Notes: generated from the sequence alone by a model not told the origin. 64,000 nt of DNA from an uncultured Chloroflexia bacterium (GCA_963720755.1 CAVRGP010000006.1:128001-192000), one strand, 5' to 3'; counted from the stretch's first letter, positions 26,333-38,672 are shown. A program made the numbers and translations.

Positions 26333-27211
26333 ATGCGCGTCCGCAAAGCTGTCTTCCCTGCCGCTGGCTGGGGAACCCGTTTCCTGCCAGCCACCAAGGC
26401 CCAGCCCAAGGAGATGCTGCCACTGGTCGACAAGCCGATCATCCAGTACGCGGTCGAGGAGGCCGTGGCGGCTGGGATCGAGCAGGTCATCATCGTCACA
26501 TCCAGCCAGAAGCGCGCGATCGAGGATCACTTCGACCTGTCGTTCGAGCTCGAGCACCTGCTCGAGGAAAAGGGCGATATCGAGATGCTCCGGCAGGTCC
26601 GGGCGATCAGCGATCTTGCCCAGGTGGCGTACGTCCGGCAGAAGGAACAGCTCGGCCTCGGACACGCGGTGCTGATGGCCAAGGACCTGATCGGCCACGA
26701 GCCATTCGCCGTCATCCTGCCCGACGACGTGGTCATCGCCGATCGGCCGTGCATCGGCCAGCTCATCCACGCCTATCAGCAGACGCATGGGTCGGTCGTG
26801 GCCGTCCTGGAAGTCCCACCGGAGGACACCAGCCGGTACGGGATCATCGCGTCGGAGCCGTCGCAGGACCCGCTCGATCACGGTCGCCTGCACCGGGTGA
26901 CCAGGATCGTCGAAAAACCGGAACCGGGAGCGGCACCATCGAACCTCGCGGTCATCGGTCGATATGTCCTGACCCCCAAGATCTTCGACAAGCTCGAACA
27001 GACCCAGGGCGGCGCCGGCGGTGAGATCCAGCTGACCGACGCGATCGCCGCGCTCATGGAGGAGCAGGAGGTCTTCGCCTACGAGTTCGAGGGCACGCGA
27101 TACGACGCAGGGACGACGATGGGTTGGCTCAAGGCGTCCGTCGAGATCGCCCTTGGCCGGCAGGACCTCGGGACGGAATTCCGGGCCTACCTCCAGGGAC
27201 TCCAACTCTGA
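26333..27211 (+). CDS. galU: UTP--glucose-1-phosphate uridylyltransferase
   Basis: [44 protein letters not shown]. Confidence 0.97.
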   Translation: MRVRKAVFPAAGWGTRFLPATKAQPKEMLPLVDKPIIQYAVEEAVAAGIEQVIIVTSSQKRAIEDHFDLSFELEHLLEEKGDIEMLRQVRAISDLAQVAYVRQKEQLGLGHAVLMAKDLIGHEPFAVILPDDVVIADRPCIGQLIHAYQQTHGSVVAVLEVPPEDTSRYGIIASEPSQDPLDHGRLHRVTRIVEKPEPGAAPSNLAVIGRYVLTPKIFDKLEQTQGGAGGEIQLTDAIAALMEEQEVFAYEFEGTRYDAGTTMGWLKASVEIALGRQDLGTEFRAYLQGLQL

Positions 27212-27287
27212 CCGTACCGCGCGTGGGGTACGATGCGGCCCGCAGCCGGCCGCACCGAATGGCCACCATCAGCAGATAGGGGACGAC

Positions 27288-29018
<1,731 letters not shown>

Positions 29019-29042
29019 GATCGCCCGCGCGGGTCGCGCGGA

Positions 29043-29423
29043 TCAGTCGGGGCGGTCTCCGGTCGATCGGGACCGGCGGATCTCGACCGAGGCATGGTCG
29101 AGGGGTCCACCGAGTCTGACGTCCGGTTTGCGGACCCGGACGACGACGTCCGCGACCTCGAACGTCGCCAGGAGCTCGCGGCTGATCGCCTCAGCCAGGG
29201 CTTCGAGCAGGCGGAACGAGTTCGTCGTCACGACCTCCCGGACGATCTCATAGACCTTGCCGTAGTCGATCGACTGGGTCAGGTCGTCGTCGATGCCGGC
29301 CGGCCGGAGATCGAGCCACAGCTCGACGTCCACCTCGAACCGCTGCGGTGCCATCCGTTCCTCGTCGTAGTAGCCGTGGATGGCATCGAAGCGCATGTTC
29401 GAGAGGACGATCCGATCGGTCAT
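29043..29423 (-). CDS. folB: Dihydroneopterin aldolase
   Basis: HG...EER..QRFEVDV, DDLTQSIDY, LLEALA, VRKP. Confidence 0.95.
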   Translation of the reverse strand: MTDRIVLSNMRFDAIHGYYDEERMAPQRFEVDVELWLDLRPAGIDDDLTQSIDYGKVYEIVREVVTTNSFRLLEALAEAISRELLATFEVADVVVRVRKPDVRLGGPLDHASVEIRRSRSTGDRPD

Positions 29424-30316
29424 CGAGGGCTGTCCGCGGCCTGAACCTCGGACCACGACCCACGGACGACCGCGTCGCTCACCCGCGCCGCGCGAACGTT
29501 GGCCTGGACGTCGTGGACCCGGATGACATCGGCCCCGGCCGCGATCCCGAGGGCCGTCGTGGCCAGCGTGGCCTCCAGGCGCTCACCGGCGGGCAGGTCG
29601 AGGATCCGTCCGAGCGTCGACTTGCGGCTCGTCCCGAGCAGGATCGGCCGTCCGAGCAGGCGCAGTGCCGACAGTTCGCGCAGGACCTCGAGGTTGTGAT
29701 CCGGGGTCTTGCCGAACCCGAACCCGGGATCGACGATCAGGTCGTCCCACCCCACCCCGAGACGGAGCGCCCGCTCGATCGCCCGCTCCAGGTCGGCGAT
29801 GACCTCGGCCAGGAAGGTCGTGTACGTCGCCTCGGCCCGATTGTGCATGATGACCAGCGGGACCCCGTGATCCGCGGCGACGCGGACGAGCGCATCGTCC
29901 GGACCGACCCCCCAGACGTCGTTGATGAGGTCGGCGCCGGCTGCCAGCGCGGCCTCCGCGACGGACGGCTTGGTCGTATCGATGCTGATCGGCGTCGCGG
30001 GCAGGGCGGCGCGGAGGGCGGCCACGATCGGGACGACCCGGGCGCGCTCATCGGCCGGGTCGACCGGGGCGTGACCCGGCCTCGTGGATTCCCCGCCCAC
30101 ATCGAGGAGGTCGGCGCCTTCGTCGACCATGCGACGGCCGATGGTCACAGCAGCGTCGGCCGGGTCGCCGGAGCCCGCGAGCAGGCCGTCGCTCGAGAAC
30201 GAGTCGGGCGTCACGTTGATGATCCCCATGACGTAGGTCCGAGCACCCCAGGCGAACACGGCAGGACCGATCCGGGTCGGCGCTGGCGTGGCGTTCGATC
30301 GGCTGGACGTGGTCAT
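29420..30316 (-). CDS. folP: Dihydropteroate synthase
   Basis: MGIINVTPDSFS, GGESTRPG, SIDT, DPGFGFGK, SRKS, RVHDV. Confidence 0.97.
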   Translation of the reverse strand: MTTSSRSNATPAPTRIGPAVFAWGARTYVMGIINVTPDSFSSDGLLAGSGDPADAAVTIGRRMVDEGADLLDVGGESTRPGHAPVDPADERARVVPIVAALRAALPATPISIDTTKPSVAEAALAAGADLINDVWGVGPDDALVRVAADHGVPLVIMHNRAEATYTTFLAEVIADLERAIERALRLGVGWDDLIVDPGFGFGKTPDHNLEVLRELSALRLLGRPILLGTSRKSTLGRILDLPAGERLEATLATTALGIAAGADVIRVHDVQANVRAARVSDAVVRGSWSEVQAADSPR

Positions 30317-31662
30317 GACGCCTCGGTGGGATCCACTTCCGGGTCGCGCAGGGCCGGGTCGTCGACGAGGTAACCCCGGGTCGCCCCGACAAGATAGAGC
30401 GAACCGGCCACGACGATCGGACCGGACCGTGCGCGTGCGCGTTCGATGGCGGCGATCGGGTCGGGCTCGGACAGCACGTCGGTCAGCCCGGCCGCCCGCC
30501 ATCGACTCGCGAGCGCCTCGGCGGACATGGCTCGGGGCAGTTCGAGTCCGGTCGCGATGACCGTCGCACCGGTCATCGATGCCGACCGTGCCAGCGCGCC
30601 GATGACGCCATCGACGTCCTTGTCCGCCATCGACGCCGTCACCAGGGTGAGTGGCCCGGGAGTCAGGAACGGGCGCAGATCGTCGAGCGCGACCGCAAGC
30701 GCGGCGGCACCGGTCGGATTGTGGGCGCCGTCGAGCAGCACGTCCCGATCGTCGATGCGCACGAGTTCCAGACGACCGGGCCAGACCGCGCCCGCGTAGC
30801 CTGCCCGGCGTGCCGGATCCGGGACGGTTGCGATCCCGGCACGCTCGAGAGCATCGAGCAGCGCATCCGCGACAGCCGCGTTCACGGCCTGATGCCGTCC
30901 GCGCAGACCGACCCGAGTTCGACCGAGCCGGGGCAGATCCACCTCGATCCCGTCCCGGTCCCAGGCCAGCAACGGTGGGTCGGCGACCTCGGTGAGGGGC
31001 ACGGCCATCCTCCGCGCGCGACGCCGGATGACCGCAAGGCCGTCTCCGCGCGCGCCCGTCACGGCCAGATCCCCGCGTTCGATGATCGCCGCCTTCTCGC
31101 GGGCGATCAGCGTGATCGTGCCGCCCAGGCGATCCATGTGGTCCAGGTCCACGTTGGTCACGACCGCGATGCCGCCATCCCAGGCGTGGGTCGCATCGAG
31201 CCGGCCGCCAAGACCGACCTCCACGAGCGCGACATCGGGTCGGACCTCGGCGAACCGGGCGAACACGACGGCCGTGAGCAGTTCGAATTCGGTCGGGTCG
31301 CCGAAACGGGGGGCCACGCGGTCGGCGGCGAGCAGCACCCGTCCGACAAGCCGGGCCAGGTCGGCGGGTGCGATCGGCTGGCCATCGACCTGGATCCGCT
31401 CCCGATACGTGACCAGATGCGGCTTCGGCGTGGTCGCCACCCGGTACCCCGCGGCGAGCAGGGCCGCCGACGCGAGCGCGAGCACGCTGCCTTTGCCGTT
31501 GGTTCCGCCGATCAGCGCGCCGCGGACGGTCCGCTCCGGGTGGCCCAGCTCGCGCAACAGGGCGCGCGTGCGTCCCAGGCCGAGTCGGACCCCGAACCGA
31601 CCGCGGGCCTCCAGCGCGTGCAACGCCTGCGGGTAGGTGAGATCGGACCCCGGATCGGTCAT
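30313..31662 (-). CDS. folC: Folylpolyglutamate synthase/dihydrofolate synthase
   Basis: GTNGKGS, PHL..RERI, EVGLGGRLDAT, DH, EKA, WPGR, DGAHN, GSLYLVG. Confidence 0.95.
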   Translation of the reverse strand: MTDPGSDLTYPQALHALEARGRFGVRLGLGRTRALLRELGHPERTVRGALIGGTNGKGSVLALASAALLAAGYRVATTPKPHLVTYRERIQVDGQPIAPADLARLVGRVLLAADRVAPRFGDPTEFELLTAVVFARFAEVRPDVALVEVGLGGRLDATHAWDGGIAVVTNVDLDHMDRLGGTITLIAREKAAIIERGDLAVTGARGDGLAVIRRRARRMAVPLTEVADPPLLAWDRDGIEVDLPRLGRTRVGLRGRHQAVNAAVADALLDALERAGIATVPDPARRAGYAGAVWPGRLELVRIDDRDVLLDGAHNPTGAAALAVALDDLRPFLTPGPLTLVTASMADKDVDGVIGALARSASMTGATVIATGLELPRAMSAEALASRWRAAGLTDVLSEPDPIAAIERARARSGPIVVAGSLYLVGATRGYLVDDPALRDPEVDPTEAS

Positions 31663-31672
31663 CGACGCACCG

Positions 31673-32065
31673 TCACTCGCGGGTCAACTCATCCTCATAG
31701 AACACGCATTGGTTGAAGCGTGGGGTCAGGCACACGTCGTTCACGTAACCCTGCTCCATGTGGACCCCGCCCCGGAGCTGGCAGCGCGACGTGTTGCTGT
31801 CCTGACGGATGAGCGCCTTGAGCAGGTGCGGGGCCTGGATCGGGATCGCCCCCCTGGACCCGGTCATGTAGAAATGAGGACAGACGTTCCGCCGAAGATT
31901 GGGCAGGCCGAACCCGGCCCGCGGGCCGGCGGGCATGACCGTCGGGTCCGTTCCCGCCTCCGCCGACCGCGACGGGTTGACGCGGGCGATCGGGCCGACG
32001 CCGAACTCCGGGCGGCCGGTCGCTCTGGGCGCCGGTCGACCAGTCCTTGGATCGCGAGCCTGCAC
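31673..32065 (-). CDS. Small hypothetical protein with 4-Cys C-terminal domain
   Basis: CPHF..C..CLTPRFNQCVFY; ends 10 bp before folC; start uncertain. Confidence 0.6.
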   Translation of the reverse strand: MQARDPRTGRPAPRATGRPEFGVGPIARVNPSRSAEAGTDPTVMPAGPRAGFGLPNLRRNVCPHFYMTGSRGAIPIQAPHLLKALIRQDSNTSRCQLRGGVHMEQGYVNDVCLTPRFNQCVFYEDELTRE

Positions 32066-32196
32066 TCAATCCCTCGTGTTCTTGGCGAACGCGACGGACT
32101 CCGCCACGCGCGCGACCGGGCCAGAGTACAACGCACCGCACCTTGCCGGCACGTCCCGACCCCGCCCCGGCGATCGCCGTGCGACAATCGCCGGCG

Positions 32197-33393
32197 ATGA
32201 CCTCACGGCGCGACCCCCGCCGGACGCACGTCCGACCCCGCCCTCCTTCCGCCGGCCGACCCGCCCCCGACAAGGTGAAGACGCGCTCGCCAGGGCCTGA
32301 GCGTCTCGCCCGTCATCGGCCGATGCAGCGGAACGGGATGCCTCTCATCGCCCGGCTCGGGTTCATCGTCGTCGTCGCCGCCCTGGGTGTCGGCGTGCTG
32401 TACATCGGCATCAACGGGCTCGGGATCGTCGCGGGCAGCATCGGTTCGACCCTGTCGGGTTTCATGTCGGATGTGACGTCGACCCCGTCGCCGGTACCGT
32501 CGGTCGCCGAGATCACGGACCCGCCGTCCATCGCCCAACCGCCGGAACCGTACACGACGCTCGATACCGTGGACCTCGAGGTGTCCGTCCAGCCGGGCCT
32601 GGCCGGCAACCCGGACTACCGGATCAAGGTCTACCTGACCCTGCCCGACGGGGATCCGACCCCGATCGGCGACTCACCCATCGTCGATACCGCACGCACG
32701 ATCATCCCGGTCCAGTTGTCCAAGGGGATCAATGACTTCTCGGCCACGATCGTCGGACCCGGCGGTCAGTCCGAGCCGTCGGCCACCGTCCGGTTCGTCT
32801 TCGATGCGTCGGCCCCGAAGATCAACATCACGTCCCCGAAGAACAACGCGGTCGTCAACGGCAATCGGCTCAGGATCAAGGGCAAGACGCAGGCGCGTTC
32901 CACTCTCCTCGCCCGAAACGAAACGAGTGGCTCATCGGTCGGTGGCACGGCCGGATCGGATGGCACCTTCAGCCTGGATCTGATCCTGGCCACCGGGATC
33001 AACAAGATCACCGTCACCAGCACGGACCCGGCCGGGAACACGGGGGAAACGCAGCTCACCGTCCGCCGTGGCTCGGGCCAGCTGACCGTCAATCTGACGT
33101 CGTCCGACTACCGGATCAGTCGCTCGTCCCTGCCCCAGGCCGTGACCCTGACGGCGACCGTCACGGATCCCGACGGGAAGGCGTTGGCCGGGGCGAACGT
33201 GACGTTCACGCTGAGCATCCCCGGCATCCCCACGATCACGATCGATGGCGTGACCGGAGCCAATGGGCGAGCCACGTTCCGGACGACCATCCCGAAGGGC
33301 GCCACCAAGGGCCAGGGCAATGCCACGGTCCTGGTGACTTCGACGGATTTCGGCTCGACCGAGGACTACACCGTCATCACGATCGTCAAGTAA
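32197..33393 (+). CDS. Membrane-anchored protein with bacterial Ig-like domains
   Basis: One TM; GINKITVTSTDPAGN and LTATVTDPDGKALAGANVTF Big-type motifs. Confidence 0.8.
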   Translation: MTSRRDPRRTHVRPRPPSAGRPAPDKVKTRSPGPERLARHRPMQRNGMPLIARLGFIVVVAALGVGVLYIGINGLGIVAGSIGSTLSGFMSDVTSTPSPVPSVAEITDPPSIAQPPEPYTTLDTVDLEVSVQPGLAGNPDYRIKVYLTLPDGDPTPIGDSPIVDTARTIIPVQLSKGINDFSATIVGPGGQSEPSATVRFVFDASAPKINITSPKNNAVVNGNRLRIKGKTQARSTLLARNETSGSSVGGTAGSDGTFSLDLILATGINKITVTSTDPAGNTGETQLTVRRGSGQLTVNLTSSDYRISRSSLPQAVTLTATVTDPDGKALAGANVTFTLSIPGIPTITIDGVTGANGRATFRTTIPKGATKGQGNATVLVTSTDFGSTEDYTVITIVK

Positions 33394-33438
33394 GGCGGTT
33401 CGGTCGACAAGCGCGGAACGGGCAGCTACCATCCCGGC

Positions 33439-33882
33439 ATGCCGATGTGGCGTTGCCCGCACTGCGGAACACCCCAGGCCGAGACGGCCCGATGCTGGGT
33501 CTGCCGGCGCTCCAGCACCGCCTGCTTCACCTGTCAGCAGTTCCGACGTTCGGTCGCGGGTCAGCTCGGCTACTGCGGGCTCGATCGGCAGCGGCGCCCG
33601 CTCCACGGTGACGAGATCCGGGCCTGCTGGGAAGCACGACGGGTCGTTGACGACGCACCGGCGCCCAACCTGGCGAGGCGGCCGCACGCTCCCGGGTCGA
33701 CCTCGTTCGACCGAACACCCGTTCGGCGGATCGAGTTCATCGAGGTGGGCATCGATCCAGCTACGGCCGCCGACCGCGACCAGCCGCAGGCCCACGCTCG
33801 GGTGCCCGTGCCAGTGACGGTGCCGGAGCCGGTCGGTCCTTCCGAGCCGGGCTGGAGCCTCTGGGGCGACGCCGAGTTCTGA
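33439..33882 (+). CDS. Cys-rich zinc-ribbon hypothetical protein
   Basis: WRCPHCG..CWVC..CFTC..GYC..CW; TACCAT 6 nt upstream. Confidence 0.75.
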   Translation: MPMWRCPHCGTPQAETARCWVCRRSSTACFTCQQFRRSVAGQLGYCGLDRQRRPLHGDEIRACWEARRVVDDAPAPNLARRPHAPGSTSFDRTPVRRIEFIEVGIDPATAADRDQPQAHARVPVPVTVPEPVGPSEPGWSLWGDAEF

Positions 33883-33901
33883 CCCGGGCCGATCCGAACG
33901 A

Positions 33902-35326
33902 CTAGAGGCCGGCGGGTCGGGTCCCGAGGGTCACCTGCACCGAGACGTGCGAGCCATCGCGCAGGATGTCGAGGGTCACCGTGTCGCCGGGCGAGAATTG
34001 GGCGAGGGTCGCGTCGAGTGGGTGCTCCGCATCGATGACCTTGCCGTCGACGCTGACGATGATGTCGCCGTCCTTCACGCCGGCGAGGTCAGCCGGCTTG
34101 CCGGGCACGACCCCGGACTGTTGCTGGCCGGTGTCGGGGTTGAAGCCGCGGACGAGCGCGCCAGCCTGGACCGGCAGGTTGTCCTGGTCGGCGATCTGCC
34201 TGGTGATCGACACGAAGGCGATGCCGAGGTACGGACGGGTCAGGGCCTGCCCGGCCACGGCCTGGGCCATGATCGGACGGGCGATGTCGATCGGGATGGC
34301 GAAACCGATCCCATTGCTGTTCGAGGCGATCGCCGTATTGATGCCGATGACGTTCCCGCCGGCATCCAGGAGCGGCCCGCCGGAGTTGCCCGGATTGATG
34401 GCCGCATCGGTCTGGATGAGATTGGACAGCTGTTCGTTGTTGTCGGTCGTGATCGATCGGCCCTTGGCCGAGACGATGCCGCTGGTGACCGAATTCGAGT
34501 AGGTCCCGAGCGGGCTGCCGATGGCGACGACGAGCTGTCCGACCTGGAGCGCGTCCGACTCACCGATCGCGGCATATGGCAGCCCGGTCTCGTCGACCTT
34601 CACGATGGCCAGGTCGGTCAGGGTATCGATGCCGTAGACGTGCCCCTGGAGGACGCGCCCATCGCTGAGCTCGACGTCGAACTGGGTGCCGCCCTCGACG
34701 ACATGATGGTTGGTCAGGATCCAGCCATTGCTATCGAAGATCACCCCTGACCCCACGCCCGTCGGGGGGATGACGCCGAGATTCCCGATGTTGGACGTTC
34801 CCTTCACCGTGATCTTCACGACCGCCGGGCTGACCTTGGCCGCGACCGCGATCGTCGCCGACGACTCGTCGATGGCGACCGGCTGCACGGCTCCGGTGTT
34901 CGACCCCTGGCTGGCCGCCGGGACGGTGACGGTCTGCTGGTCGAAGGCACCGGTCGCGTTCAGGGCGACCACCGTTCCGCCAGAGGCGAGTACGGCCGAC
35001 AGCAGTGACGCGGCGAGCAGGGAACCCGTCCCGGAGCGGCCCCTCGACGGGTTCGTCGGTGGCGGGGGTGCTGTCTCCGCCGGCGTCGCGGCCGGCTCAT
35101 ACCATCGTTCGGGGGTCACGGGCGGGGCCTCATCCCAGGAACGCGCCCAATCGGACCGCGTCTCGGGGGCTGGGGTATACCGGTCGGCCGGCGACGCATC
35201 GCCCGGTCCGATCGGTTCGATCGCAGCCGCGGGCTCGAGCGGAGTTGCCGGCTCGGTGGGCACGGTCTCCTGTCGCTGGGTCAGATCGCCCGGATCGGCG
35301 CCGTCGTGGTTCGGATCTTCGTACAT
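33902..35326 (-). CDS. htrA: HtrA/DegP-family serine protease with PDZ
   Basis: GSGVI..LTNHHV, DLAIVKV, TDAAINPGNSGGPL, PDZ GDIIVSVDG. Confidence 0.93.
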   Translation of the reverse strand: MYEDPNHDGADPGDLTQRQETVPTEPATPLEPAAAIEPIGPGDASPADRYTPAPETRSDWARSWDEAPPVTPERWYEPAATPAETAPPPPTNPSRGRSGTGSLLAASLLSAVLASGGTVVALNATGAFDQQTVTVPAASQGSNTGAVQPVAIDESSATIAVAAKVSPAVVKITVKGTSNIGNLGVIPPTGVGSGVIFDSNGWILTNHHVVEGGTQFDVELSDGRVLQGHVYGIDTLTDLAIVKVDETGLPYAAIGESDALQVGQLVVAIGSPLGTYSNSVTSGIVSAKGRSITTDNNEQLSNLIQTDAAINPGNSGGPLLDAGGNVIGINTAIASNSNGIGFAIPIDIARPIMAQAVAGQALTRPYLGIAFVSITRQIADQDNLPVQAGALVRGFNPDTGQQQSGVVPGKPADLAGVKDGDIIVSVDGKVIDAEHPLDATLAQFSPGDTVTLDILRDGSHVSVQVTLGTRPAGL

Positions 35327-35387
35327 GGTGCTCGGGATCCCTTCGGGTGGGTCGGCCGGTGAGCGACCGCGGGCGGGCGTGCTGGTT

Positions 35388-37097
35388 TCAGGGTGCGGGT
35401 TCTGGGTTGACCTTCGGTCGCTCGGACGGTGAAGTTTCCTGCATGTTCGTCGGCGTCTGATCGTGATCGCGGTCGTCGCGCGTCCCGGCATCCGCCACCG
35501 ATGCCACCACGGCTCGTTCGGCGGCCGGGCTCCCCTCCACCAGGCGTGGGTCGCGCGGGAGGGTCACCGTGAAGCGGGTCCCGCGCCCGATCCGGCTCTC
35601 CACCTCGATCGCACCTCCGTGCATATCGACGATGGAGTGGACGATCGCCAGACCGAGCCCGCTGCCGCTGCCGCGGGCCTCATTCAGGCGCGACCCGCGG
35701 TAGAAGCGCTCGAAGATGTGGGGCAGCTCCCCGGGCTCGATCCCGACGCCGCTGTCGGTGACCTCGATCCGTGCCCCGCCGGGTGTCGCGGCGACGTCGA
35801 CCGCCACAGCGCCGCCGCGCGGCGTGAACTTGATGGCGTTGGCGACGAGATTGGCGACGACCTGACCGATCCGCTGCGGATCGTGGCGAACCCGGATCGG
35901 GGTGTCCGGGAGATGCATGGACAGGTTGACGCCCCGGCGTGTGGCGGCCGCTGCCGCCTGCTCGACCGCGGATTCGACCGCTGCCCGGAGATCATCCGGC
36001 CGAAGATCGAGCAGGACGAGACCCGAGTCGAGCTTCGACAGTTCGAGCAGGTTCTGGGCCAGCCAGTCGAGTCGCTCGATCTGCTGGCCGCTCAATTCGA
36101 GGAATTCTGCCCGCGCGTCGGGATCGTCGGCGGCACCCTCGGTGAGGAGTTCATTGAACGTGCGCAGGGCGGCCAGCGGGGTGCGCAACTCGTGCGACAC
36201 GTCGGCCAGGAAATCGCGACTCCGGTCCCGGTCGTGGCGGATGATCTCCACGCTTTCCTGGAGACGATCGGCCATCGCGTTGAACTGGAGCGCGAGTTCC
36301 GCCAGCTCGGACGATCCCGCGCGGACCTCGTTGGCCGGGACCCGCCGGTCGAGGTCGCCCTCGGCCAGGCCCCGGGACGCTTCGGTCAGCCGCCGGAGCG
36401 GGGTCGTGAAGCGGCGGGCCATCACCGCCGACACCAGCACGCTCAGGAGCATGGCGAACAGGGCGACGGCACCGAGCAGCGCGGTGACGTTGGCCAGCGC
36501 CGTCGCCCGGAAGGTGTAGGGGTTGGCCAAGACGACCTCGAGCGCATAGGGCGTGTAAATGCCACCGGCACCGTACAGGTAGGGGTACGTGACATCTCGC
36601 TCCTGCGTCTGACCGGGGGCCGGGGCCGCCTGGAGGGGCAGGAACATCGAATCGTCGACGGCCGGCACGAACGTCCGCACCTCGCCCTCGGCCACGGATC
36701 GACCGAAGGTGATCTCGACGTCGGCTTGGCCGAGGAGGTTGGCGATGAGGCCCTGGAGCGACGGATCGGACATGGCTTCGAGCACGGCGGGATCGATCTT
36801 CCCGTCGATCCCGACCACTGGCCGGCCATCGGCCGCGCCCGCCGCGATCCCGGTGACGAATGCTGCGACCGACCGAGACCGCTGTTCCAGGTCGTTCGTC
36901 TGCTGGGTCGTGAAGTAGTCGTCCAGCCGGTTGATGACGAGGATGGTGACGAGCGACAGGGTGAGCGCGACCACGAACAGGAACGCGCCGGTCAGCCGAC
37001 CCTGGAACGTCCGTGGCAGGAGCCGGCGCAATCGGTGCGGGAGGTGGATCGGCCCCTCCGCCGGGGGATCAGCGCTCGGCGAACGCGTAGCCGACAC
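35388..37097 (-). CDS. HAMP sensor histidine kinase
   Basis: SHELRTPL, NAIKFT, DSGVGI, FERFYR, GSGLGL. Confidence 0.95.
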   Translation of the reverse strand: MSATRSPSADPPAEGPIHLPHRLRRLLPRTFQGRLTGAFLFVVALTLSLVTILVINRLDDYFTTQQTNDLEQRSRSVAAFVTGIAAGAADGRPVVGIDGKIDPAVLEAMSDPSLQGLIANLLGQADVEITFGRSVAEGEVRTFVPAVDDSMFLPLQAAPAPGQTQERDVTYPYLYGAGGIYTPYALEVVLANPYTFRATALANVTALLGAVALFAMLLSVLVSAVMARRFTTPLRRLTEASRGLAEGDLDRRVPANEVRAGSSELAELALQFNAMADRLQESVEIIRHDRDRSRDFLADVSHELRTPLAALRTFNELLTEGAADDPDARAEFLELSGQQIERLDWLAQNLLELSKLDSGLVLLDLRPDDLRAAVESAVEQAAAAATRRGVNLSMHLPDTPIRVRHDPQRIGQVVANLVANAIKFTPRGGAVAVDVAATPGGARIEVTDSGVGIEPGELPHIFERFYRGSRLNEARGSGSGLGLAIVHSIVDMHGGAIEVESRIGRGTRFTVTLPRDPRLVEGSPAAERAVVASVADAGTRDDRDHDQTPTNMQETSPSERPKVNPEPAP

Positions 37098-37767
37098 CTC
37101 GGACCGTCAGGACGAACGCGGGCGTGGCCGGATCATCCTCGATCTTCTCGCGCAGGTGGCTGACGTGGACGTTGATCGTCTTCTCGTCCTGATCGAGCGC
37201 CTCGTAGTCGCGCAGCAGTTCGAGCAGCTCCGACCGAGTGTAGACGCGCCCCGGACGGGAGGCGAGATGACGAAGGATCTCGAACTCGGTCGGCGTCAGG
37301 CTGATCCGTCGGTCCCCTCGCTGGACGCGCCGACGTTCGAGGTCGATGAGGAGATCGCGATGACGGATCACCCGACCGCCGACGGCATCGGACAGGTCGC
37401 CATACGAACGCCGAAGGAGCGCCTTGATCCGGCTCATCAGCTCCCGCAGACCGAACGGCTTGGTCAGGTAGTCGTCGGCGCCAAGCTCGAGCCCGATGAC
37501 CTTGTCCACCTCGTCATCCCGAGCCGTCAGGACCAGGACCGGCATCTTCGCGCCGGCCGCCCGCAGGCGCCGGAGGACTTCGAACCCGTCCATGCCCGGC
37601 AGTCGGACGTCGAGCACGACGAGATCCGGCGCCTGCCGGGTCGCGATCTCAAGGCCTTCTTCGCCCGACCGCGCGACGGCGACCTCATAGCCCTCCTGCT
37701 GGAGGGCATACTGGATCCCGCGAGCGACGGCGTGCTCGTCTTCGACGATGAGGATGGTGGCTGCCAC
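37069..37767 (-). CDS. OmpR-family response regulator
   Basis: IVEDE, LDVRLP, GADDYLTKPF, TVRGVGY. Confidence 0.96.
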   Translation of the reverse strand: MAATILIVEDEHAVARGIQYALQQEGYEVAVARSGEEGLEIATRQAPDLVVLDVRLPGMDGFEVLRRLRAAGAKMPVLVLTARDDEVDKVIGLELGADDYLTKPFGLRELMSRIKALLRRSYGDLSDAVGGRVIRHRDLLIDLERRRVQRGDRRISLTPTEFEILRHLASRPGRVYTRSELLELLRDYEALDQDEKTINVHVSHLREKIEDDPATPAFVLTVRGVGYAFAER

Positions 37768-37926
37768 GACGGGATGCTACACCGGCTGAGCGAAATGCCC
37801 CGGTGCGGTCATGGCGGGCGGGCCGTGGTACCCTATCGGACGCTACCGGGCGCCTCGCCACTCCGGCCCCGCCGGCGAGCCGCTGCCCGATCGAAGACAC
37901 CACCAGCTCCTGAGGTTCCAAACGAC

Positions 37927-38604
37927 ATGTCCACCGCCCGCGCGACGCTCGCCGCCGAACATCGCGACGTGACCGGCAAGAAGGTCGCCCGAATCCGCCA
38001 GGCCGGCCGGTTGCCGGCCGTCGTCTACGGTCACGGCGAGCCATCGGACAACATCTCCATCGACGCCCACGAGTTCGAGCAACTCCGCCGACACTCCGGG
38101 CCGAACGCCCTCGTCGACCTGTCGGTCGACGGTGCGGCGACCCGCCCGGTCCTCGTGTCGTCCATCCAGGTGCATCCGGTCAACCGCCGGACCATCCATG
38201 TCGACCTGTTCCTCGTTCGCATGACCGAGGAGCTGACCGTGGACGTGCCGCTCGTGGCGACCGGCGATTCGCCTGCGGTCTCGCTGCAGGGCGGAACGCT
38301 CCTGCATCCCATCGAGTCGGTGCGGATCCGGGCGCTTCCGGATCGCCTGCCGCAGTCGATCGAATACTCGGTCGAGTCGCTGATGGACTTCGACGCGACG
38401 ATCCATGTCCGCGACCTCGCCATCCCGAGCGATGTGACGCTCGTGACCGACGGGGACGACATCATCGCCAAGGTCCAGCCGCCGCGAGTCGAGGAGGCTC
38501 CGGTCGTGGAAGCCGAGATCGGCGAAGGGGCGCCGGAAGAAGGCGAGGGCGGCGAGTCCGACGCATCGGCCGACGGCGAGTCAGAGACCTCGACGGAGGG
38601 CTGA
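37927..38604 (+). CDS. rplY: 50S ribosomal protein L25 (CTC long form)
   Basis: GKKVARIRQAGRLPAVVYG, QVHP..HVDL, acidic tail. Confidence 0.95.
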   Translation: MSTARATLAAEHRDVTGKKVARIRQAGRLPAVVYGHGEPSDNISIDAHEFEQLRRHSGPNALVDLSVDGAATRPVLVSSIQVHPVNRRTIHVDLFLVRMTEELTVDVPLVATGDSPAVSLQGGTLLHPIESVRIRALPDRLPQSIEYSVESLMDFDATIHVRDLAIPSDVTLVTDGDDIIAKVQPPRVEEAPVVEAEIGEGAPEEGEGGESDASADGESETSTEG

Positions 38605-38610
38605 TCCAAG

Positions 38611-38672
38611 CCGTTCAGCCCGAGCGACGACCGTTCACCCCGAGCGACGACCGTTCACCGCGAGCGACGACC
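38611..38672. repeat. Tandem 3 x 20 bp repeat
   Basis: CCGTTCA(GCC/CCC/CCG)CGAGCGACGA at 38611, 38631, 38651. Confidence 0.9.
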
